Assembly (NCBI GenBank): GCA_964016885.1
Contig: OZ024745.1
Location: 23,994,001 to 24,058,000 of the forward strand
Direction: 5' to 3'
DNA: 64,000 bases
Source of the DNA: Eledone cirrhosa
Taxonomy: Eukaryota
In this document: positions 27,979 through 40,691 of the stretch, piece after piece
Numbering within the stretch: position 1 is the first letter of the stretch
Layout: each line of letters opens with the position of its first letter
Translations under genes and position numbers: made by a program
The notes under the pieces: model-generated
Seen by the model: the letters and a program-made list of their open reading frames with translations, nothing else
The model's database searches: none
What the model was told of the DNA's origin: nothing

Positions 27979-28039
<61 letters not shown>

Positions 28040-28047
28040 ATATATAT

Positions 28048-28240
28048 CGGTTGCAAAGTACATAGGCTAGCTATGAAGGAATGATGCTAGAGCTGTGAAA
28101 TTTTACATGCATAAATTTCAACTCTTCTTATTAAGAACTGCATTGTATCCTTCCTGGGCTTATGTTAAAAAATAAACCTTATTTGGTCATTCCATCGGAG
28201 TATTTTGGTTAGCCTATGAACTTTTCAGCTGGCCCTCGTA
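28048..28240. mobile_element. Mariner-type MITE (about 190 bp)
   Basis: Terminus AGCCTATGAACTTTTCAGCTGGCCCTCG|TA with a degenerate inverted left end. Related copies at 25150-25241 and 55620-55815. Confidence 0.6.
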
Positions 28241-28668
28241 TATTGAACGCTATTGCCGTTATTATTTATGGTACTTGTCCTCTAGTATTTAGAGAAAATA
28301 CTCCATGATCTCATTGGACTACAGAAGCAATACCACTTGCCAAAGGAGAAGAATTCTCCATGTTACAAACATATGTATAGAAGAAAATATATAATACCTT
28401 CCTTATAATTCCTATATTTTAGTTCATATTATACAGAAAAAGTCGTTAGAACGTCTGATATAATGCTTTATAATATTCTTTTCGACTTTTTCGCACTGAG
28501 CTCATAACCCATCGAGGTCAACTTTGCATTTCATCCATTGAAGGTAAAAAAAATAGTACGAATCTAGCACTGGGATATTCTTCGTCTATATCACTTTCTC
28601 ACTCTTTTTTCTAGAAGAAACCTGTTGCAGTCAGTCCTGGAAAAGGATGGGCTTTGCCAACCTTAAAT

Positions 28669-28853
28669 AATTGTTTCTATTTTGGGCATAAGGCGAGCAA
28701 TTACCTAGTACATTACTGGTACTTTATTTTATCGACCCCGTAAGGATGAAGGCAAAGTTAACCTTGGGGGGATTTGAACGCAGTCTGTAAAGGGACGTAA
28801 CTGTGCTGAAAAGCATGGCGTCCAACCCTCTACCGATACTGCCAAATCCACCA
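28669..28853 (-). mobile_element. tRNA-derived SINE with target-site duplication
   Basis: Major family; flanked by CTTTG(C/T)CA(A/G)CCTTAAATAAT direct repeats. Confidence 0.85.
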
Positions 28854-29226
28854 CTCTTTGTCAGCCTTAAATAATACCTTAGAATTGCTGTATGTCAATA
28901 CCGTGGCCCAACGACTCTCAGGGAGTTACGGGACTATGCATGTGTACAGACAAAAAAGATCACTTGTGTTGATTGTTTTAATTAGGCAATTTTTAACAAT
29001 GTTTTTTTTTCACATATATAATTTAGCTGCTATAAAATAGCAATGTTAAGATTATGAAATACATACATATATATATACATACAAACAAACACACACAGAC
29101 ACACATATATATACACATCTATATATACACATCTATATATATATATAAATATATATATGTACAACTATATATATGGTGAATAATATTAAATATTACCTAC
29201 CTCCTCTTTGATTGTCATATAAATTG

Positions 29227-29260
<34 letters not shown>

Positions 29261-29442
29261 CAATACATAAACAGAGAAAGCCTTAAGCGATACTCCGACC
29301 AACTCCATCTCACTCAACAAACATTAGGATATACTTAAGTATATTCCCAATTTAGTGTTTGGGGTGCTAACTAATCAGTATTTCGTGGATAGTTGGTTGT
29401 ATTATTTTATATGAGACATTATTAAATAAATATCTCATTTCT

Positions 29443-29566
29443 TCCAGACGGCCGTTTCGTCATAAGATTTCTACAAATTGGGATAAATAATTTCCAGGTT
29501 ATGTAGAAACTTGTATATAATCCATAGTTTTATACACAAGCGGGCTCTTATAAACTCATCAGTTGA
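29443..29566 (-). ncRNA. Hammerhead ribozyme with branched stem II
   Basis: Minus strand: tcaa-CTGATGA-gtttataaga[two hairpins]tcttatgac-GAAA-C-GGCC-GTC-tgga. Confidence 0.8.
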
Positions 29567-29976
29567 TGCCCAAATAATATCGATATAAGAATTATATCGA
29601 CATTAACAGAATGGTGATGGTCTCCCTCGGCGCTAAGAAGAGACTGGTAGATTAGAATCCAGCAGTTCTCCCAAAGATAAAATACACGCTGTCCCCAAAA
29701 GGGTAAAGGGAGGTCATCTTAAAATAAAACAATAAACACGCTGGTCAATTAAACCTGTTAGGTATTAACCACGTGTATAAGAACTCAATTGGAAATTTAA
29801 AAGAATAACCACATGTATACACAACCAATGCACACACAGAGATATTAAAACATAATAAATACATGTATGGATCACCCATATATACACATAGCTATTCTCT
29901 AATGCTAAATCAGACATGGGATATAAGGAATATCAATCAGTATTTCATATAAAAAATAATAATAATAAAGAGAGTC

Positions 29977-30003
<27 letters not shown>

Positions 30004-30007
<4 letters not shown>

Positions 30008-30166
30008 CATAAATTATGTCCTTAGAATTATTAGATAAAATATATACCATTTCCTCTCCCAATTAGCATAATTAACCATTTTTTTTTATATGGTTAATTA
30101 TGTTAATTGGGAGAGGAAATGGTATATATTTTATCTAATAATTCTAAGGACAGGATTTATGATATA
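30004..30166. repeat. Inverted repeat (about 75-bp arms) inside (TA)n
   Basis: GTCCTTAGAATTATTAGATAAAATATATACCATTTCCTCTCCCAATTA... is mirrored across a short T-run. Confidence 0.85.
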
Positions 30167-30393
30167 TTGCTCTGATTATTTAATGTATTAATTCTTCATT
30201 GAGCCACAACGTGACCGGTTGCCACATATATATCTATGACTTTATTCATATGTAAATCTTTATATATATATATATATATATATACCGAAATAGCCGTCGA
30301 AACGGCTTGAGCTCTGTCATCGGGGTCATACTTTTTCCTATATATATATGTATATATATATATATATATATACACACACATATATATATATTT

Positions 30394-30466
<73 letters not shown>

Positions 30467-31173
30467 AAGTACAGAACGATCAAAACTATGTTTAATACAT
30501 TTTATTGCTGACAATCGTTTCTTCCAAACAGCCGTCCGGTATCATCGGAGCACATTGGCAAAGCTTAAACTTATAATTAAATTCCTATTCTACATAACAA
30601 TCATAAATATATGTTGATATTATTGTTGCTATCAATAGTGTCATATTCAAAGAGAGTGAAGCTGTTGTGGTCAGTAGCAATGGGTATGATAAAGATTATA
30701 AAAGAATTATAAAAGAAGGTTACTCGCAAAGCAGAACATTAGTGGACATAGGCATACAGACAGTAAGAATGCAGAGGTATTAGGCATATACAGAATAATA
30801 TGGTAAAGAAAGCAAAGGTATATATATAGCATTATATGGCAAAGATATTACACAATATAGGTGTAATAGGATATTAAGCAGTCAGGAATGCATGGCTAGG
30901 ATATAATGTGAAAATTGTGAAGCAACTTGTGTAATATACATATACAAAGTTTCGTTGATGCATACGTTGAGAGTGGATGAGATAAATAAATAATTAAGTG
31001 AAAAATCTAAGCAGAAGTAAAGCTGTTGTGTAGTACAAAAAATGTTATGTATTAATAAAATATGTATATGTGGCCAGATGATTATATTTAAAACAGTTTC
31101 TATGTGAGTTTATGGTGGATATGATGTGATAAATATATATATCTATATAGTAATATATATAGGAACCAGTAAG

Positions 31174-31267
31174 ACCCCGACAGCTGAGCTCAAGCCGTTT
31201 CGACGGCTAATTCTGGACTAAATGAAAATTTATCCTGGTATTTAAATAGCCGATCTTCTCAAGGGGT
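31174..31267 (-). ncRNA. Hammerhead ribozyme, U3-A8 core variant (3' pseudo-LTR)
   Basis: Reverse complement of 34477-34570. Confidence 0.8.
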
Positions 31268-32376
31268 AATTCCATATATGGTCAAAATGATTGTCAAAAA
31301 TCAGTAGTAATTCTGTGGTTGCAAATTAGTAGGGGAGATGGTGGCTAAACCTGCCAGTAGGAGAAAGAGGGGAGGGGGTGGAGTAGACCCAATCAAGCGT
31401 TGGTAGTGCCAGCTACAGCTGGGCATGAGGTCAAAGAAGATACAGGGGAGAGGGAGGGGGAGGAAGTCGGAACGGTAGGTAGAACAATGGGGGGTAGAAA
31501 TAGGAAAGAAAAAATACTGAGAGTGAAGAAAAGCAAATAAGTGTAAAGAAAAAAGTAAAGTAAATTAAATTCTACGACCTAGGTGTCAGGCTATTGTTAG
31601 GCGAGAATAAAATAAATAAAGAAAGAAAGAAGTAAATAAATAAATAAATAAATAAATAAGGAAATAAGTAAAAGAACTAGGTGGGACGGTATAGGCAAGG
31701 ACCCTTTTAAGAGATATAAGTACGTAAATGATACGGTGACGGGTCAACAAAAGGGGCCAAAATACTAAAGAGACTACCACGAAATAAACAATAAAGGTTT
31801 CCATCCCGGGCCAGCAACGACCCAGTGCAGCAAAGTGAACTTGTACGAGATAATAATTCTGAGTCCCGAGAAAAATATATACTAATGCTAACTCTAAAAG
31901 ATCTAAAACAAGCTACATGAAAGTTCGTACGAAATAAAGGTAGAATACGGAGAAATAAATTCAGAATCCACCCCGCCCAGAAGAAAGGCGAAGCAAGAAA
32001 TACTGAAACGAAAAAATAAGGCATAAGTGCCACTAAGAAAAATATAGAGGGCACAGAGAATAGTGGGAGCGGTCGGAAAAAGGGGGCAAGTATCCGGGGT
32101 CTAAGCCAACTGCTATAAAGGGCGGAGTCCGCCAAATCTATCAAAGACTAGGGGAGGGGGGGTGGGGGTACTAAGGCTACATGGGGCCAAAGGGCAGCCT
32201 CGGGTGGGCGAGAAAAGACGCCGACAAAGGAGAAGAGCTGGGGTAGAAGGACAAAGGAGAGAGGGGGGAAGGAAATAAAGGAAGCGATAAAAGAATACAA
32301 AGAAGATCTTACGTCTTCCTTGGCAAGCAGGGGTTACCCATTGCAAAATCGGCAACTGGGGTGTTATAGCCCTAGT

Positions 32377-33800
32377 CTACCCCCCCGGGTCATTATGGGG
32401 TTTGAGGGCGAGGTAAGTCCTACGCAATCTATGTTTACATGCAGTAACCAGTTCATCTTTCTTGTTTAGGAGTTGGTCCGTCGAAAACAGCATTTGTAAA
32501 GTTTCCTCCGAGCATAAATTGCACGGACGGCGTCCTCCCGTGTAAGAATTGGCTCTGGACAGTAATCTCCAAGTGAGATCATAGGTGATGTTGTTGTCCT
32601 TGAGGTCCCATATGTGGCCCGAAAGTGTAGTGGCGTGACGCCGGGCCGGGTTTCGGAAGGTATGTCTATGTTGGTATAGCCGGGTCTTGAAGTCACATGC
32701 GGTAAGTCCTATATAGGCTTTGTTGGAGGTATCCGTCCTCACGTTGCACTGGTAGATCACATTACGGTCTCTGCATCTATTGTCGAGTGGGCAAATAGAT
32801 CTATCCGGGCAGTTACACCTCCTGGTCGGTTCTCCACTGCTATTTAGGTTATTTCTGCCATCGGGGTTGAGTTTTTTGTTGTTAGAGGAGACGATGTTTT
32901 GTGCGAAGTTTGGTGTAGTGCTGTAAGAGAGTTTGATGGTATTTTTGTTAATTATGTTGTGGTAGCGGTGTTGTAATGGGAAGTGTTTTTCAATGAGCCT
33001 AAAGAATAGTTTCCCGATGGGAGTAGTCACCTCTGCGTTGTGGGGAGGATTGAACCATGTTACATTGCGTGAGCGGCGGTGTCTCCTGCTGGTTCCGCTA
33101 ATGGGAGCTGGACAGTAGGATATTTCCTCCCGGAAACCACTCCGCTTGAGGGCCTGGTTGTAATAAGGCGCATGTTCATCGAATATCCGCTCATTAGCTG
33201 ACAAACGGGATATGCGGAGGGAGATGTTTTTGACCAGGTTGTTTGTGATGTTCCTAGGATGGTTTGATCGGCGGTGGATGTAGTGCAGATTGTCATTAGG
33301 TTTCCTGTATGGGTAGTACAGGTCGTTTTCGAGGTCGAGGGTTACGTCCAGGAAGTTTACTCGGGTCAGGGACGTTTGTAGGGTTATTTTAAATCCCCAG
33401 TCGCGGAAGAATCTGATTAATTGTTTCCGGACCCGATCTGTACTACTGGGGTTGTACCCTTTAAGGGTAAGGAGCCCATCATCACGGTACAATCCTCCAC
33501 CGAATGCAGGAAACATATCAGTGAGTTTGGCTATTAGGAATAATCCTATAAGATCAGTGACCTCCGCCGAATCCGTGGCGCCCATGCTGACGTCGAAGGG
33601 TGAGTCGGGAGCTCTTTTTATCCATTTAGAGTCGTCAAAGAGTAAGACTGTCTTCCTGGCGTGGAGGATGATTTTTCTTTCCTGGTCGGTGATGGGCACA
33701 AGTGTTTCGGCGAAGTCCAAGGCGGCAGTAAGTAGCGGTAAGGTGATTGAAGCATAGTAGCTCTCTATGTCGAACTGTATGAATTTAGTTTCTCGTTGGT
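32377..33800 (-). CDS. PLE reverse transcriptase / GIY-YIG endonuclease, C-terminal part (5'-truncated, uninterrupted)
   Basis: The frame extends upstream of the called ORF to FIQFDIESYYASI (motif A). Also FDVSMGATDSAE, GLYRDDGL, VNFLDVTL, YIHRRSNHP, WFNPP, CNC..CPL..C, VIYQ..YIGLT..FKTR (GIY-YIG), CNLC and CKH. Confidence 0.93.
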
Positions 33801-34080
33801 GGATTGTACCGTGATGATGGGCTCCTTACCCTTAAAGGGTACAACCCCAGTAGTACAGATCGGGTCCGGAAACAATTAATCAGATTCTTCCGCGACTGGG
33901 GATTTAAAATAACCCTACAAACGTCCCTGACCCGAGTAAACTTCCTGGACGTAACCCTCGACCTCGAAAACGACCTGTACTACCCATACAGGAAACCTAA
34001 TGACAATCTGCACTACATCCACCGCCGATCAAACCATCCTAGGAACATCACAAACAACCTGGTCAAAAACATCTCCCTCC

Positions 34081-34111
<31 letters not shown>

Positions 34112-34476
34112 CTTCTTTCTTTCTTTCTTTATTTTATTCTCGCCTAACAATAGCCTGACACCTAGGTCGTAGAATTTAATTTACTTTACTTTTTTCTTTA
34201 CACTTATTTGCTTTTCTTCACTCTCAGTATTTTTTCTTTCCTATTTCTACCCCCCATTGTTCTACCTACCGTTCCGACTTCCTCCCCCTCCCCCTCCCCT
34301 GTATCTTCTTTGACCTCATGCCCAGCTGTAGCTGGCACTACCAACGCTTGATTGGGTCTACTCCACCCCCTCCCCTCTTTCTCCTACTGGCAGGTTTAGC
34401 CACCATCTCCCCTACTAATTTGCAACCACAGAATTACTACTGATTTTTGACAATCACTTTGACCATATATGGAATT

Positions 34477-34570
34477 ACCCCTTGAGAAGATCGGCTATTT
34501 AAATACCAGGATAAATTTTCATTTAGTCCAGAATTAGCCGTCGAAACGGCTTGAGCTCAGCTGTCGGGGT
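34477..34570 (+). ncRNA. Hammerhead ribozyme, U3-A8 core variant (inverted pseudo-LTR)
   Basis: acccc-TTGAGAA-gatcggcta[...]tagccgtc-GAAA-cggc-ttgagctca-gct-GTC-ggggt. Confidence 0.82.
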
Positions 34571-35838
34571 CTTACTGGTTCCTATTACCCACTCTACTAC
34601 CTCAAGTATTGAGTACTTTGGTGCGTTATGGTCCACCTGGTTCCTTACCACATTTCCTTCGTAGTAATATATATATATATATTCTTACATATATATATAT
34701 AGTAATATATATATATATATTCTTACATATATATATATAGTAATATATATATATATATTCTTACATATATATAAATATAGCAATCATAAAAATGTGAAGA
34801 CTAATCTGTTATTTTAATAAATATATATATATATATATATACATGCAAACATATATATATATAAATATATATGTACGTAAGAGCCTACACAGGCATACAT
34901 ACGTAATTAGGTCCGTTATATTCTGAAATTATAATCTAAGAGTGGAACAGCGGAAATATGCAGGATTTCTTTAAATTTAGCAGCAACTCTTGCTTGTTAT
35001 CTTAATTCCAATGTTGAAGCTATGTTGCTTAGTTGATACCAGCATTGGTTCTGTAGGAAGATTTATATACACACACATACGTACACACACATACACACAC
35101 ACATACACACACATGCACATACCCACACATACACACACATACATACACATATACACTCACACACTTATATATATATACACACATACACACACATACACAC
35201 ACATGCACATACACACACAGACACACACATACACACGGAAAAATATACACACACAAACATATATCTATATCTATATATAGTAACACAGATATATATATAA
35301 GCATGCATAGATACATACATACACACACACACACACGCACACACGCGCACACACACACATATATATATATACATACATAAATACATATATATACACACAC
35401 ATACACAGAAATACCTAAATATATACATACAAACATACATACATATATACATAAATAGTTATGTGTGTGCATGTATCTATATATGTTGATATGTATATAT
35501 ATATGCAATGTATATATATATGTATCTATATATGTTGATATGTATATATATATATGCAATGTATATATATATGTATCTATATATGTTGATATGTATATAT
35601 ATATGTAATATATATATAGCATGGTCTCATTATAAACATTTTTCTATGTTGTCTTTACCGTCTCTATCTCCCTATATAATTGTAGTGGGTATGTGATATG
35701 TACATGTGCGCATGCGCTTTAGCATTTACCAAATGTACGTCAAGAGGCACATTGCATACGATATATATACTATACTGTTTATGAATATATATATATATAT
35801 ATTTCATATATATATTTCATATATATATATATATACAT

Positions 35839-35885
<47 letters not shown>

Positions 35886-35920
35886 TATACATACATACAT
35901 ATATATATATATATACTTAC

Positions 35921-35952
<32 letters not shown>

Positions 35953-36025
35953 GTATGTATATATATATATTTATATATATATAAATATATATATATATAT
36001 GTATATATATATACATATATGTATG

Positions 36026-36116
<91 letters not shown>

Positions 36117-36336
36117 AATGTGAGAGTAAGGGAGGCTTAAAAAGCTATATGTTATCTCCTAATGAAGTGTAAATAAGATTAAGCTGCCTTCAAATTATGA
36201 CGTAATCCGCTCTCAAATGCATATCTTACTACATATACCTACATAGATGTATGCATGCATATATAACTACATATATATTATACATACATTTATGTTTATA
36301 TATATACATATGCATATATATATATGCATGTATACT

Positions 36337-36387
<51 letters not shown>

Positions 36388-36422
36388 TTATATTTATATA
36401 TACTTATACAATATATACTTGT

Positions 36423-36500
<78 letters not shown>

Positions 36501-36686
36501 CGTATATTTAAAAAATGGTGAATAAGATTTCGTCGTAACTTTAACCAAATAAAATATTTGAAATTAACACGGCGTATAGACCCACTAAACGGAAAAAATG
36601 GTATATATATATACATATATATATATATACATATATATATATAATACATATATATATATATTTACATATATATATATATATACATA

Positions 36687-36724
<38 letters not shown>

Positions 36725-36730
<6 letters not shown>

Positions 36731-37305
36731 TTCAAAATATTAACAAATATAGACATTCATGTGAACAAGTATATTTTATTATACATATCTCAGAGGTACT
36801 GAGCTATCTTCAACAGTACGTCCTCATCAGATAAAATAAGATGATGCTTGACATTCCTTAACATAGTAGATGGTTAAAATTCAGTCATGGTAGTGAATAA
36901 GTTAGGACAAAACTCAATATTTATATGCCTTAAGATTGAGACATGAATAAATTACATATAATGCAGAGGGTGCGTGTGAGAAAGTTTCATGTCTCAATCT
37001 TCAGGTATATAAATATTGAGTCTTGTCATATCACATTCACTACCATGACTGAATTTTAACCATCTACATAGTCAAGGAATGTCAAGCATCATCTTATTTT
37101 ATCTGATGAGGACGTACTCTTGAAGATAGCTCAGTACCTCTGAAATATGTATAATAAAATATACTTGATCACACGAATGTCTATATTTGTTAATATTTTG
37201 AATTAATATTAATAACTCCGGAAAACCATAACTGTGGAGTGCTTCTAATCTATTGTAAAACTTTATTCATTGATTTATTCATTGAACCTTGTTTAACCTT
37301 TAAAT
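36725..37305. mobile_element. Fold-back pseudo-LTR cassette in (TA)n
   Basis: Imperfect inverted arms of about 220 bp (36725-36947 / 36986-37208), with a right-hand tail of about 95 bp. Each arm carries an HHR motif; the left one has GAAA mutated to GAGA. Confidence 0.8.
37095..37161 (+). ncRNA. Minimal hammerhead ribozyme
   Basis: tattttat-CTGATGA-ggacgtact...agtacctct-GAAA-T-ATGT-ATA-ataaaata; 8-bp stem I. Confidence 0.78.
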
Positions 37306-38828
37306 AAATATATATATATATATATGCATATATATGTGTGTGGTGATTCTAATTTTCCCAATGAATACAACCATGATAATAGTTGATCTGTATCAGTATT
37401 TGGGGAAAACATCAGGGTAAAATACACCCCTAGAGATGGAAAAATGTGGATAGGCACCCCGACCTTACCTGAAGTCTCGAACTACTCATCTCTCGGATGC
37501 CGGGAGTTTGTTCTGGCGTTCTGGGTTCAAATCCCTCCTAGGTCAACTGCCTTTCATACTTTCGATTGCAATCTTTCTTAGCATGAAAGCTAACATACAT
37601 ATTTACATTGATCTACCTTTATTACAGTTATTTATATTGGCAACACTACGTTAAAAAACCCCGATGTTTAAAATTCTATCTAAAAAATGTCCGCTGCCAG
37701 CGACCGAGATCCTATAACATAATGTTTAGCTGACTCACCTGATATCCGAGAGATATGTCCGAAGTTTGTGTGTGTGTGACAGCTCACACCTACGCAGGTT
37801 TAGCTGGCCTCCTCCAAGGTATATCTCGTTGGAGGTGTGTTGGGTGATTTAATGATATGTTTCTATTGCGAGGGCGCAAAAGAAGGGGACAAATACAAAG
37901 GGGGGGGGGGGGGGTTTACACAAAAGAACGAGTAAAAAAAACAAATAACAAATATAAAATTAACAATAAAGTCCTCAATAGGGAGGAGGCGTTTTGGGGG
38001 ATCGCACACACCCCCGAAAAAGTGTGCAACCCTTCTCCTCGGGAGCACAGAGAGAAGGTGCTCCCTTGTTCTTCCATCTTTTTCACCTAGGGACCCCACT
38101 CCTATCATCTCATTTCAACAGCTGAGTAAACTGGAGCAACGTGAAATAAAGTGTCTTGTCCGATTTTTGGCAGGTGCAAATCTGCAAATCTCTCTGGGAG
38201 CAGTGTATGGTGTTGGGATGTAGTGACATTTCTGATGGCCCTTGGTATGGTGGTCATGCATCATTATCCAGAACATATTTTGGTAGCATGTCAGTCATTT
38301 GTCTCTGTAGGCCTAGCAATATAATCACGTCTTGAGCATCAATGCACAAGTTGCAATGTAACGAGTATCAACAGTAAGTTGTACTCTATTGTTTTAAAAG
38401 ACAACGGAAATATAAAAAAAGGTAAAGCCGAGCCCCCAATGACTGAAATTTAGAGTAAGATATTTTAGATATAGAAACTTCCATTTTTCTATCACAATAA
38501 TCTCTAACAAGCAGCAAATTAAACGTCGAATAGATTGCTTTGAGGCATACGTTTCGACTTTCTGCTCCCTAAGTTTATATCTGTTGTATTCAGGACTGGA
38601 GAGGATTTGGCTGCACCAGGTTTTTCAAAAATGCCATAGAAACACCCGACAGCAATACGGTGCCCTTACGATTCCCATAAGGGACGATGCACGCACAATC
38701 TTAAAGATAGTGAGTGCTTAAGAAAATCTCTACAAAGATAACATAGAAATACAAGAATTTATGATAGATGCATCGAAAAGTTACTGATAATTCGATTCCA
38801 ACACACACGCACACACACACACATATAT

Positions 38829-39174
38829 ATATTAATAAATGGAAACTATATTTATAAAACCATATTTATTTTATTATATATATTTCAAGGGAAACCAAGG
38901 CAAATTATGGTGCGCTTTCATCAGATAAAATACAGATTTGTTTTATAAATAAATATTGACAAACCCGGAAAAAAGACAACCTTAACGGTTGGAGCTTCCT
39001 GGTTGCCCTTGAAATATATATATAATAAGATAAATAAAATAAATATGGTTTTATAAATATAGTTTCCATTTATTAATATATTGTGTATTTACTCCACCAA
39101 CTTATTGAGTGCTTTATATCAGTTATAAAAATGTTTAAGCTTGTTGAATCCCAACAAATTAAATATAACCTCTG
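38829..39174. mobile_element. Fold-back pseudo-LTR cassette in (TA)n (family shared with 46327-46722 and 48230-48455)
   Basis: Inverted arms 38829-38895 / 39003-39080 plus a tail ending AAATATAACCTCTG(TA)n. Confidence 0.8.
38867..38932 (-). ncRNA. Minimal hammerhead ribozyme
   Basis: Minus strand: tattttat-CTGATGA-aag...ctt-GAAA-T-ATAT-ATA-ataaaata. Confidence 0.78.
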
Positions 39175-39191
39175 TATATATATATATATAT

Positions 39192-39286
<95 letters not shown>

Positions 39287-40160
39287 AGTTATATACATGT
39301 ACATACCCCACACATAGATATTTATACATATTTATGAGTACAGAAATACACACCCATACACCTATACATACATATATGTGACACATAGTAATTGTTATGT
39401 AAATTACAATCACTACTCCGAACATTACATAGAGTTTCCTGCTGACAAAGCGAATCTGCCAACATCCATCAGTTGGCTGAAGGTCTCACTTTATCAACCA
39501 ACTTGATACATGTTGACAAAATGGTTCTGTCAGCAGGAATACCAAAGTACTGGCATGATTTACTGACAGCAAGGAATATAGAATAATAATTTACACTGAC
39601 CTCGTCGGTATTGTGTGCTCTTCCATTCGTTCCTCATCATTCACATACACATTCACACACACATACTCATACAAACACACACACACACACACACACATAA
39701 CCGCTTGGTACCGCGGTCGGGGGTTTACCTATCTTTCCTCCCTCTCACTCTGTATATAATAAATGTAATCTGAGTTTTACGAATATCAATAATAACATTC
39801 GATTCGTTTGCAATTATGCAAACAAGCCTCATTTTTAAAGCCATGTCAGTAGAATGAACCCTTCATTCTTGCTTTTGTGTTGGCAAGTAAACAGAACTGC
39901 GGACACTAATGTTTCTGGGTATCACCCTTCGTCAGAACAGCTCACTATTCACCTGCCAAACTGTCAGAGCTAGTGGAAATATATGTTATTTTCTAAAATA
40001 TACAGTGACTGATCGGCTTGATTTGCATATCAGCAGACTGGCCAGTCAGTTTCCTGTATTCGAGCGATAAATGGCCGGCTTTGACACATTCAAATAAAAA
40101 AAACATTTTCGCTCTATATGGCTGAATACAATAAATGTAATCTGAGTTTTTCAAATATTA

Positions 40161-40343
40161 ATAATTGTTTCTATTTTAGGCACAAGGCCAGCAATTACCC
40201 AGTACATTACTGGTACTTTATTTTATCGACCCCGTAAGGATGAAAGGCAAAGTTATCCTCGGCGGGATTTGAACTTAGATCGTAAAGGGACGTAACTCTA
40301 TGCTTCAAAGCATGGTGTCCGACTCTCTACCGATACTGCCAAA
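40161..40343 (-). mobile_element. tRNA-derived SINE inserted in one copy of a local direct repeat
   Basis: Major SINE family; interrupts 40130-40447, whose uninterrupted homologue is 39758-39873. Confidence 0.85.
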
Positions 40344-40575
40344 TAACAATAATATTCGATTCGTTTGCAATTATGCAATTATGCAATTATGCAAACAAGC
40401 TTCATTTTTAAAGTCATGTCAGTAGAATGAATCATTCATTCTTGCTCTTGTATATATATATAAAGCGATATATATATATATATAATGCGATGAAATACCA
40501 ATGATCGTTGGCAAATCACTGATGAGGGACTCATTTTATAACATGTAATCCATGTGCAGTATTCTTCTCCCCATA

Positions 40576-40691
<116 letters not shown>

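Larger units (their letters stand above)
27572..27980. mobile_element. Fold-back PLE pseudo-LTR cassette in (TA)n with two HHRs
   Basis: Imperfect inverted arms of about 143 bp (27572-27715 / 27731-27875). The right arm has a tail of about 105 bp; (TA)n flanks. Confidence 0.8.
31161..34661 (-). mobile_element. Penelope-like retroelement, 5'-truncated, with inverted upstream segment and pseudo-LTR
   Basis: Minus-strand body 33800 to 31161. 33801-34080 is an inverted copy of 33215-33495, and 34079-34584 is an inverted copy of 31161-31661 plus a 77-bp tail. Flanked by TAGTAATATATAT (31148-31160, 34662-34674). Confidence 0.95.

Noticed and set aside
31586-32355. Hydrophobic ORFs downstream of the Penelope ORF
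   Set aside because: Pyrimidine-rich 3' UTR sequence with non-ATG starts and no motifs.
40508-40552. SECIS-like reading of ATGA...AA...GA
   Set aside because: The AA falls on the wrong side of the loop, helix II pairs poorly, and there is no upstream UGA-containing ORF.
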